From Candidatus Omnitrophota bacterium (GTDB lineage: Bacteria; Omnitrophota; Gorgyraeia; B26-G9), in NCBI GenBank assembly GCA_023136735.1, contig JAGLQQ010000056.1, forward strand, positions 1-35,983: DNA of 35,983 bases, given 5' to 3'. The translations under genes were made by a program, and so were the position numbers. The notes under the pieces were generated by a model. That model was not told the DNA's origin. It ran no database searches and saw only the letters and a program-made list of their open reading frames with translations. Within the stretch, counting starts at the first letter, position 1. The number at the start of each line of letters is the position of its first letter. Positions 19,201 through 26,326 of this stretch are shown here, piece by piece.

Positions 19201-19811
19201 CGGGGAATAAACCAAGATTGATAATGACTCATGTAATTCATAATCAAAACGCGCATGAGCTTGTTGAAATGGCTAGGAATGATATTGAAATTGGCGCTGA
19301 TGTCATGCGTTTTTATCTGATCCGTTTGGATGAAAATATTGAGTTTTTGAAATTAAAGGCTGAAGATCTTGAAAAAATAAAGACTTCAATGGTACAGATA
19401 AAGCAACTTGCAAAAGGTAAGGATATACAACTCTTAGACACCACTGATTTTCAGCTTGAGAACTTTGAACAAGAAAGCGGCTCTTGGTCGGGAAACGTGT
19501 TTCTTGAAAAGGGTTGTACTCTTGGCTGGAATTTTTGTCTTATTCCGGCATCAGGGGAGGTGAGTTTTTGTTGTCATTTGAGAACAGTCGGGTATTTGGC
19601 AGAAAAAGGGTTTAAGGCTATTTGGAACTCCGACGATTATAAGCGTTTTCGCTACCAGGCTAAATTTTTGAGTAAAAACGCAAAGGAAAAATTCCTGAAC
19701 GGTACATCTCTTTTTGATGAATATTGCCAGCATTGTGATACACATCAGGTGATAAGAGATGTTTGGGATCAATTTAAATTATATAATTTAGAGGAATTTT
19801 TTAGCGGCTGA
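16272..19811 (+). CDS. 1179-aa fusion: three copies of the Wzt-type repeat module, a linker, and a C-terminal radical SAM domain with a twitch/SPASM-like motif
   Basis: AGGAG lies 8 nt upstream. The rSAM CX3CX2C is CNANCIHC at 18780-18803. Other motifs: FQGDGEP, FTNG, and C-X12-G-X4-C (CTLGWNFCLIPASGEVSFC). The N-terminal ~665 aa are repeat modules. Confidence 0.85.
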   Translation: MFKKLFSKITKCDFASGVAKLRVKNNRLELVYANTNISSDICIHTAMLIEGQWLSSSDGLWSSEKKKDTLHITIDWKEIPIRHLWQIRRIENGFNWIVYMDIKSEVKIEKMICGIMLKSDYEKWISAVEEGSFPAFSKSWGNVFLQDTEGKLLGVRNQNDFPGVIFENLQHGELLLQNSPDDSQSRALRIEQDFHSEVLKVNRYKPFNLNLYLLENMGETDDFIDKKNKQLLEQRQIIEGKLKLELEHSTIHLYWDELKLTANQGLHSALMVGGEWFDSSYAQWKVQRINAQCIYIDIDWRPLPIKQSWQLTINNGTSFDWKVKTQLKEKREDLIGKMSLGLVLNPDYKEWLGVYESGRFPVDFGSWQEMIEDMPEGAIGLKNAAKLPGIIFKNTDGYKPKLLVQNGDKDAKARFLQSVSADEFEFHQQIKIVEDKKDIEEFIKGKMDEEILRSGISLGSMKLVCSKGKVRLFWKDKEITTDIGLHSAVCSGGRWYDSGKMKWDIKKVTDKKLKICVDFNPFPAIQTWELDFSSSNVFSWKISMKLLKPVEISEHKAGIILNGAYKEWFNSFEDGKFPEKFSYWHDIIRNRDAETFGAYPAGDLPGVMLSLDEKHLSLIQNTDENISGRVFQGQVVETEETKLYEKQEFDCFAAVLKLVEDRSQIAEYKKEAQPLSYESETIYLYADNAFLHNRIAGVDDFEEKIKKIKALINQNKKFKITIGVSRYNFFKLEQVLKFVLSLKGKNIDLRSSKLNILPLRRLRRNSIEYFEALKKIAMQEGGVNFALIDRDFFKMITSIYAQADSGNERQLLRLLGVLCEHAFIGPAIIVIDPYHRCNANCIHCWVHTPGVSHPKEYYDMKLDVNKFKAIADDLGDLMVDLIIFQGDGEPLMHDRFFDMVKYARDKGIQVSFFTNGILLNKGHADTSLENGISEIFCSLPAGTAKTFAKINSKQSEKTFDDILKNLKYLCDKKKRKTGNKPRLIMTHVIHNQNAHELVEMARNDIEIGADVMRFYLIRLDENIEFLKLKAEDLEKIKTSMVQIKQLAKGKDIQLLDTTDFQLENFEQESGSWSGNVFLEKGCTLGWNFCLIPASGEVSFCCHLRTVGYLAEKGFKAIWNSDDYKRFRYQAKFLSKNAKEKFLNGTSLFDEYCQHCDTHQVIRDVWDQFKLYNLEEFFSG
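16314..18266 (+). other. Three protein-level copies of the repeat module (approximately aa 15-215, 238-435, 455-665)
   Basis: Anchors: KLRVKNNRLELVY..GQWLSSSDGLW; KLKLELEHSTIHLYWDELKLTANQGLHSA..GEWFDSSYAQWKV; MKLVCSKGKVRLFWKDKEITTDIGLHSA..GRWYDSGKMKWDI. Distal anchors: HKAGIILNGAYKEWFNSFEDGKFP, FPGVIFENLQHGELLLQNSPDDSQSRALRIEQ, LPGIIFKN..LLVQNGDKDAKARFLQ, LPGVMLS..LIQNTDENISGRVFQ. Confidence 0.7.
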
Positions 19812-20806
19812 TGAAATTTAGAATCGCATGGTCCGTAAATAGGGGAAATAAAAAGTACAAAGCAACTTTGTGTGGAGGTTTTCTGCTTATTATTTGCGGT
19901 GCCTTGATCTCGGTGATATTGGCTGAGCTGTTTGTGAGATATTTTGTTGATTTGCCGCTTGAAAAGGAGTATCTGCGGTTTGGTTGTAACGATTATGAGA
20001 AGTTTGATCCTGAGAATTATGATAGAGATCTATTTTGGAAACCGACTGAAGAATTTAAAAATGTTGAATACTCGATTAAAAAGCCAGAAAATACGTTCAG
20101 AATTATCTGTATTGGTGATTCTATAACTCAAGGTGACGCGCAGGAAAAAGGTCTTTTGCCCAGAGAGCAAACTTATGTTTATAAATTAGAGCGGCTGTTT
20201 TCAAAGGAATTTAAGGCAAAGAACATTGAAGTTATAAACGCGGGCAGCGGGGGATATAGTTCTTTGCAGGGGCTAAGGTATCTTAAAAGAACATTGTGGA
20301 AATATGAACCTGATTTGGTAGTAAGCTGGTTTGGTATAAACGATTACTATTACTCTTTGTTTTATCCTGACAAAGAGCAGAGATTGCCGGAGGATAAGGC
20401 TCTGAGATCGGGAACAATCCTGTCAAAAAGCAGACTGTTGCTATTTGTTAAAAATTTTACTTTGATAAGAAGATCATTGAAAAAGCCTGTAGTTCGAGTG
20501 CCGCCTGATGATTTCTATGAAAATTGCGAAGAAATGCTTATTTTTTCAAAGGAAAATAGGTTTAAGATAGTTTTTGTCGCTCCTTTTCAGTATGGACAGT
20601 ATAATAATATAGAATATTTTGAGGGCTATATGGAAAAGCTGGCTGATCTTGAAAAAAAGTATGGGTGCCAAATAATATATCTAAAACCATATCTCTCAGG
20701 AATAGACCTGAAAAGTATTTATGTGGATACGTGCCACTTTAATGAAGCCGGGAACATGATCCTGGGCTATGCTCTATCTGAATCTCTTAGAGGATATATA
20801 AAATGA
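19811..20806 (+). CDS. Membrane-anchored SGNH/GDSL-family hydrolase (esterase / acyl-transfer type), paralog 1
   Basis: TGATG overlap with the upstream gene. N-terminal TM segment (LCGGFLLIICGALISVILAELF). SGNH blocks: ICIGDSITQGD (I), NAGSGGYSS (II), WFGINDYY (III), DTCHFNEAGN (V, DxxH). Confidence 0.8.
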   Translation: MKFRIAWSVNRGNKKYKATLCGGFLLIICGALISVILAELFVRYFVDLPLEKEYLRFGCNDYEKFDPENYDRDLFWKPTEEFKNVEYSIKKPENTFRIICIGDSITQGDAQEKGLLPREQTYVYKLERLFSKEFKAKNIEVINAGSGGYSSLQGLRYLKRTLWKYEPDLVVSWFGINDYYYSLFYPDKEQRLPEDKALRSGTILSKSRLLLFVKNFTLIRRSLKKPVVRVPPDDFYENCEEMLIFSKENRFKIVFVAPFQYGQYNNIEYFEGYMEKLADLEKKYGCQIIYLKPYLSGIDLKSIYVDTCHFNEAGNMILGYALSESLRGYIK

Positions 20807-21043
20807 AAAAGTTTAAATAAGAGATGTGAATGAAGTTCATGTAAAATGAAAAGCACTAATTTCATCTTCAGGAAAAATATAATACTCGTGGTTTCTTTTT
20901 AGAAAAGCAATGAAAAAATGATCGATGCTGAACCTTTTAAGTGAGGTTTTAAAATAGAGCAAAGGAAAGAAATGGTTGAAAGTAAGTTTGATAGCTGAAA
21001 TGGGAGCATTGCCCAAAAATAGGCGAATAAATAGGCAGGGATC

Positions 21044-22033
21044 ATGAAGTTGAAATTAATTTTGAAAAAGGGGCGGAAGAACATAAAAATCAGTTTGCCG
21101 GCAGTTGTTTTGATGCTTTGCTTTGGGATTGTGGGGGGATTTTTAGTGGCTGAATTCATGGTCAGGAAGACAATCGTTTTTCCTCTAGATAGGGAGTATG
21201 GCAAATTTCTTCATCTATCCGGGTTCTCGATCCCCAAGGCCAATGTTGATGAAAAATTATTTTGGAAATCTTCGCCAGAGTTTAGAGGTGTCCCGCATTC
21301 AATTGAGAAAAAAAAAAGGGTTTTCAGAGTAGTCTGCCTGGGGGATTCTGTGACGCAGAGCCATGGTGCTGACGGGTATCCTCTGCCGCTTGAGAATACG
21401 TATGTTTTTTACTTGGAAAAAATTCTGGAGAGTAGTTTTGAAACTATGGATTTTGAAGCGATTAATGCTGGAGTAGGGGGATACAGCTCTCTGCAGGGGG
21501 TAAGATATCTACAAAATAAATTGATCAAATATGGTCCTGATTTGGTTGTAGTCTGGTTCGGCGTAAATGATGACTCTGATGCATTGTTTTTCCCCGATAA
21601 GGATCAGAGGATTGGGAAAAAAATTATTTCAGGAAAAAATAAACTTTTAGAAAATAGTAAATTTTATCTTTTTTTAAAAAACGTGATATTCAAGCCGAGA
21701 TTAAGAAGAGTGTCTAAGAAAAATTATTACGAAAATTGCAGGGAAATGCTGCTGCTTGGGGCAGATAATAATTGCGAAGCTGTTTTTGTGGTCCCGGTTG
21801 AGATTGAAAACGGCAGGATAGAATACTATGCGGAATATAAAGAAGCTTTGGAAAGATTGAAAATTGATTATAACTGCGCGATTATTGATATAAGGGATAG
21901 ATTGAATGCGGATAGCCGTATAAGCGAATTTTTTATTGATAATTGCCATGCAACAGCTGAGGGAAATAGGCTGATTGCGGAAGCGATAGTTGAAGAACTT
22001 AGACAAAAGGGAATAATTAAAGAAAAGGACTGA
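21044..22033 (+). CDS. Membrane-anchored SGNH/GDSL-family hydrolase, paralog 2
   Basis: N-terminal TM segment (LPAVVLMLCFGIVGGFLVAEF). SGNH blocks: VCLGDSVTQSHG, NAGVGGYSS, WFGVNDDS, DNCHATAEGN. The SD is weak, so the start is slightly uncertain. Confidence 0.75.
   Translation: MKLKLILKKGRKNIKISLPAVVLMLCFGIVGGFLVAEFMVRKTIVFPLDREYGKFLHLSGFSIPKANVDEKLFWKSSPEFRGVPHSIEKKKRVFRVVCLGDSVTQSHGADGYPLPLENTYVFYLEKILESSFETMDFEAINAGVGGYSSLQGVRYLQNKLIKYGPDLVVVWFGVNDDSDALFFPDKDQRIGKKIISGKNKLLENSKFYLFLKNVIFKPRLRRVSKKNYYENCREMLLLGADNNCEAVFVVPVEIENGRIEYYAEYKEALERLKIDYNCAIIDIRDRLNADSRISEFFIDNCHATAEGNRLIAEAIVEELRQKGIIKEKD
21308..21317 (+). repeat. A10 homopolymer inside the SGNH paralog 2 coding sequence
   Basis: gagAAAAAAAAAAggg encodes E-K-K-K-R, counted directly. 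The tract is less unusual in an AT-rich genome. Confidence 0.9.
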
Positions 22034-22141
22034 TCGTCCATTGCCATACGACAAAAAAATGGAATCTGCTTATAGTAACTCATATTGTTAACCAATTTAA
22101 TGAGAGACTGGAAAAAATAGCATTATAAAGGTGAAAGCTAA

Positions 22142-25100
22142 ATGAAAATATTACTGGTAAATTTACCATGGAAAAGTGGTAGTCGTTGGGGGGTACGTGC
22201 AGGTTCACGTTGGCCGCATATTAAAGATCAGACGGAGGAGAATTATTTGTCGTTTCCTTTTTACCTCGCATATGCTGTTGCCTTGCTGAAAAAACATGGA
22301 TTTGACGCGCATATTATAGATGCTATTGCCCAGAAGACATCTTATGATTCGTTTTATAAAGAAATTATATCTTTAAAACCTGATTTGCTTGTAGTGGAAA
22401 CTTCTACAGTTACGTTAAATCATGATATCAGATTTCTCTCTCGTTTTAATGGTGATTTTCAAATTGCTCTATGCGGTCCTGATGTTCATATCGCAAGAGT
22501 GGATTTCTTAAATAAAAATAAGAACATTGATTATGTTCTATACGGTGAGTATGAAGCAACTCTGCTTGAGCTCACTCAGAAACTAAAAAATAATCAAGCA
22601 CTTGATGCTCTTAACGGTTTACTGCATAGACAAGGAGGTAAAGCTATTAAAAACCCTCCTAGGGAGCTTATCGAAGACCTTGATTGGCTGCCATGGCCTG
22701 AGCGAAAACTGCTTCTAATAAAAAAATACAATGACGCCCCGGGAGATATACCCTTGCCCTGTGCTTCCATGTGGGCAAGCAGGGGATGTCCTTATAAATG
22801 CTCCTTTTGCTTGTGGCCTCAGGTTATGTATGGGGGTAATTCCTACAGGGTCAGAAGTGTTAAGAATGTTGTTGATGAGATGGAGTATTTAGTTAATGAT
22901 CTTGGATTTAAGTCTGTTTATTTTGATGATGATACTTGGAATATCGGCAGAAAGAGAATGCTTGATTTCTGTCAAGAGTTGAAACACAGAGATCTGCAAA
23001 TACCCTGGGCGATTATGGCCAGAGCTGAATTAATGGATGAGGCTCTTCTTGAAGTAATGCGTGATGCAGGGCTTTTTGCCGTTAAATATGGCATTGAGTC
23101 ATCTTCACAAAAGATATTAGATGATACTGGAAAGGGACTTAATCTCAAAAAAGCTGAAGAGATAATAAAGTATACAAAATATTTGGGAATAAGAACACAT
23201 CTTACATTTACCTTCGGCCTAATTGGAGAGACGCGGGAAACAATAAAGAATACTATTGATTATGCGCTTTTGCTTAATCCTACATCAGTTCAGTTTTCAC
23301 TGGCAACACCTTTTCCTGGGACTAAGTTCTATAAACAAATGGATGAAAAGGGATATCTCTTGACTAAGGATCTTGAAAAATTTGACGGCAATCACAGCAG
23401 TGTTATCCGCACGGAAAAACTGACAGCAAAACAGCTTGAAAATGCAAAAAAACAGGCTTATGCAAGATGGCATGAACATTATCAGATAAAACGCAAAAAA
23501 CTTGCTTTTGAACAAAAACCCTTGAGAGCAAAGTTGAAAAGCTCGTTGGTTGAAAAGGGAGTTTTGAAAACAGTGATGAAAGTGCTCAGGTTTTTTATAA
23601 AGAATATATTTTTTATACCAGGACGTATTAGAAATTTTTTAAGCAAAAATCTCTGGATTATAGAGGAAGTAATCTTAAATGGTAGTATTAAGATAAAGTT
23701 TGGTGAAGGGCAGGTGCGTCTTTTTTGGAAGGATAGAGAAATAAGTAAAGGCGTTGGGTTGACTACATCTTTCTATTATGGAGAACGGTGGTATGATTCA
23801 TCTCAGGCAAATTGGAAACTGGAAAAAGAATCTGCTAATGCAATAACAGTAAAATTAAATTGGGATGAGGTCCCTGTAAGGCAATACTGGAAGATTTCCG
23901 TTAATTCAGATCATGACATCCATTGGACTACAGAAATGGATGTAAAAAGAGCTGTGCAGCTTTTGGAATATAAGTCTGGAATTATGCTGCAGCCTGAGTT
24001 TGATATGTGGAAAGATGACCTAGGAGTTGGTAAATTCCCTCAATTGCAGGATTGGGAGGAAATCGAACTTTATAATTCGAAAAGCAAGGTATTAACTGCT
24101 CTGCAATCAGGCTCAGAGCAGGGCAATAGGTTTCCGGTGGTTGAGCTTTCTCTTTTGGGTCAGATGGGAAAAAATACATATCCGCAGATACAAAATACTG
24201 ATTTAAAGACTAAAGCAAGAATTATACAGATGCGTTGTTTAAAAATAGAACAATTCGCTCCAGGTAAGTATGGTTATTTCGATTTAAAATTGAAATTAAA
24301 AGAGAGTCCTGCTCAGCAAACATTGTCTGCTTATAAAAGTAAAGTGCCTTTGAAATTTTTTAAGAATCAATTGAAAAACCAAGGGCTGCTAGAAGTTTTA
24401 AAAAAAATGCGTCCTAAAAAAATTGCCGGGCACTATTTGGATATCCTGGGAGTGCTTGACGGCAGCCATGCTTACAAGGGGCCTTTTTGTGTCCAAATTG
24501 ATTTGACAAATGATTGTAATAATGATTGCATCGGATGCTGGTGTAATTCACCATTATTAAAAGACAAGAAAATTAGTGATAATATTAAAGGGCAGACTCT
24601 ACCGCTGGAAGTGGTAAAAAAAACAATCGATCAGCTTCATGCTATGGGAACGAAAGAAATATACTTTGCTGGCGGTGGAGAACCTTTTATGCACCCTAAT
24701 ATTATGGATATATTAGAGCATGTTAAGTCAAAAGAGCTGCGAGTCTATATAAATACTAATTTTACGCTTGTTAATGAAGATATTGTTAAAAGATTGGTTG
24801 ATCTTAAGGTAGACAACCTAGTTATCAGTGTTTGGGCTGGTGAGCCGGATACATATGTAAAAACTCATCCTAATAAGTCTCCTGAGATGTTTTTTCAAAT
24901 AAAAGGAATGTTAAAGCTTCTTAATTCAATGAAAAAGGACTTACCGCATACGAATATATATAATGTGATTTCAAATGTGAATTATGATGAGCTAGAACTT
25001 ATGGTAGATTTTGCTATAGATACTGGTTCAAATTCATTAGAATTTACAGTTATAGATACAATACCAAAGGCTACTGACTCTTTGATACTAACTGATGTTC

Positions 25101-26326
25101 AAAGGAAGCAGGTGGTTAAAAGTGCAAAAAATATAGATGAGCGTTTAAGAACAAAGGATAAGAATAAGATAAAAGTTCTTGGTTTTGAGCAATTTGTTCG
25201 CAGGGTTAGTAATACGGATGCAAAAAGAGCTAAATATGATAAGGATATTCTCTCTGACATGCCTTGTTATATCGGTTGGCTGTTTGCAAGGATACTTGCT
25301 GATGGCAATGTGAACTTTTGTCTTAAGGCGCATAGGATTCCTGTGGGTAATGTCTATGCGAATAGCTTTCTTGACATATGGAATAATAGGAAACAGCAGG
25401 AATTTAGAAAACGGGCCTTGTGCGCATCAAAAGATGATGTATTCTTCTCTTTTATAGGTAATGATCCTAATGCTTTGGTAGGATGTTATAAAAGTTGTGA
25501 TGACCTGGCTCGCAATGTACATATGCATAAAAAAATCCAGTCTTTAAGTGCTATCGAAATATATTTTCTCAGAGTACTTTTATTTTGTATGAAAATTAAA
25601 AGATGTTTTAAAGATAAAAAAATAAAGCAGACTTTGCGTTCACATGTGCAGTGGAAAACAAAACAGGCGCAAGGTAAAATAGCTCAGGGTAAGCTGCATG
25701 TCGAAATGCATGAGGGGGGTGTGAAACTTTTTTGGAATAAACAGGAATTAACACAGGGGGTTGGATTGAATTCATCTGTTTGTATTTTTGGCCTTTGGTA
25801 TGATTCTTCAAAAGCAATATGGGAGGTGACTAAGCATAGCGATGATGAACTGATTATTAAAAACAACTGGCGCAATATTCCCATAGCTCAGGAATGGCGC
25901 ATTAAGTTTGATGGCCAAAATTTATTATTGTGGCAGATTAGTATGAGTGTTGACTCAAAAATTGAAATAGAGGAGAGTAAAGCGAGTATTATGCTTTCTC
26001 TTGAATATGCCAAATGGAATACAAATGAAGAACGTGGTAAATTCTCGGCAGTTATGTCCTGGAAAGAGGTTAATATAAAAAATTTGCAAGTTAAACAGGT
26101 TGGTGTGCAATGCGTAAAGAATAACGGACACATAATGCCTGATATAAGTTTTGATTTTACTTGCACACCGGGAGGAGTAAAGCCGCAGGTCCAAAATTCC
26201 GATAAGATCATAAATGCCAGGGTGATATCCGCACTGTGTACTGAACAAAATGGTGGTAAGGTTTTCTTGCCTGGCAGCTATGAATGTTTTTCTACGAAAA
26301 TCAATATAGGGGATAATGATGATTAA
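22142..26326 (+). CDS. 1394-aa dual radical SAM protein: B12-binding-type rSAM, repeat module, second rSAM (twitch/SPASM-like), repeat module
   Basis: AGGTGA SD. The N-terminus MKILLVNLPW.. has the layout of a B12-binding domain. rSAM-1 is RGCPYKCSFC (22787-22810) and rSAM-2 is TNDCNNDCIGCW (24515-24538), followed by AGGGEPFMH and C-X12-G-X4-C (CYIGWLFARILADGNVNFC). rSAM-2 is a paralog of the C-terminal domain of the 1179-aa protein. Confidence 0.85.
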   Translation: MKILLVNLPWKSGSRWGVRAGSRWPHIKDQTEENYLSFPFYLAYAVALLKKHGFDAHIIDAIAQKTSYDSFYKEIISLKPDLLVVETSTVTLNHDIRFLSRFNGDFQIALCGPDVHIARVDFLNKNKNIDYVLYGEYEATLLELTQKLKNNQALDALNGLLHRQGGKAIKNPPRELIEDLDWLPWPERKLLLIKKYNDAPGDIPLPCASMWASRGCPYKCSFCLWPQVMYGGNSYRVRSVKNVVDEMEYLVNDLGFKSVYFDDDTWNIGRKRMLDFCQELKHRDLQIPWAIMARAELMDEALLEVMRDAGLFAVKYGIESSSQKILDDTGKGLNLKKAEEIIKYTKYLGIRTHLTFTFGLIGETRETIKNTIDYALLLNPTSVQFSLATPFPGTKFYKQMDEKGYLLTKDLEKFDGNHSSVIRTEKLTAKQLENAKKQAYARWHEHYQIKRKKLAFEQKPLRAKLKSSLVEKGVLKTVMKVLRFFIKNIFFIPGRIRNFLSKNLWIIEEVILNGSIKIKFGEGQVRLFWKDREISKGVGLTTSFYYGERWYDSSQANWKLEKESANAITVKLNWDEVPVRQYWKISVNSDHDIHWTTEMDVKRAVQLLEYKSGIMLQPEFDMWKDDLGVGKFPQLQDWEEIELYNSKSKVLTALQSGSEQGNRFPVVELSLLGQMGKNTYPQIQNTDLKTKARIIQMRCLKIEQFAPGKYGYFDLKLKLKESPAQQTLSAYKSKVPLKFFKNQLKNQGLLEVLKKMRPKKIAGHYLDILGVLDGSHAYKGPFCVQIDLTNDCNNDCIGCWCNSPLLKDKKISDNIKGQTLPLEVVKKTIDQLHAMGTKEIYFAGGGEPFMHPNIMDILEHVKSKELRVYINTNFTLVNEDIVKRLVDLKVDNLVISVWAGEPDTYVKTHPNKSPEMFFQIKGMLKLLNSMKKDLPHTNIYNVISNVNYDELELMVDFAIDTGSNSLEFTVIDTIPKATDSLILTDVQRKQVVKSAKNIDERLRTKDKNKIKVLGFEQFVRRVSNTDAKRAKYDKDILSDMPCYIGWLFARILADGNVNFCLKAHRIPVGNVYANSFLDIWNNRKQQEFRKRALCASKDDVFFSFIGNDPNALVGCYKSCDDLARNVHMHKKIQSLSAIEIYFLRVLLFCMKIKRCFKDKKIKQTLRSHVQWKTKQAQGKIAQGKLHVEMHEGGVKLFWNKQELTQGVGLNSSVCIFGLWYDSSKAIWEVTKHSDDELIIKNNWRNIPIAQEWRIKFDGQNLLLWQISMSVDSKIEIEESKASIMLSLEYAKWNTNEERGKFSAVMSWKEVNIKNLQVKQVGVQCVKNNGHIMPDISFDFTCTPGGVKPQVQNSDKIINARVISALCTEQNGGKVFLPGSYECFSTKINIGDNDD
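23675..24286 (+). other. Repeat module copy (approximately aa 512-715 of the 1394-aa protein)
   Basis: Anchors: IKIKFGEGQVRLFWKDREISKGVGLTTS..ERWYDSSQANWKL..VPVRQYWKI..YKSGIMLQPEFDMWKDDLGVGKFP..PQIQNTDLKTKARIIQ. Confidence 0.7.
25682..26311 (+). other. Repeat module copy (approximately aa 1181-1390 of the 1394-aa protein)
   Basis: Anchors: KLHVEMHEGGVKLFWNKQELTQGVGLNSS..GLWYDSSKAIWEV..IPIAQEWRI..SKASIMLSLEYAKWNTNEERGKFS..PQVQNSDKIINARVIS. Confidence 0.7.

Noticed and set aside
20899-21204. 101-aa minus-strand ORF spanning the gap between the two SGNH genes.
   Set aside because: It overlaps the N-terminus of the 21044 SGNH gene. It has no SD, and its translation is a low-complexity Phe/Lys/Ile-rich sequence.
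25888-26248. Antisense ORFs of 60-117 aa listed in the ORF track. Examples: 18-329, 1392-1589, 7068-7364, 8889-9188, 12120-12458, 18013-18315, 21701-22054, 25888-26211, 25955-26248, 29183-29506, 31528-31833.
   Set aside because: All lie inside long sense ORFs that carry clear family motifs. They have no SD sequences and give low-complexity or Cys/Phe-rich shadow-frame translations, as expected by chance in AT-rich DNA.
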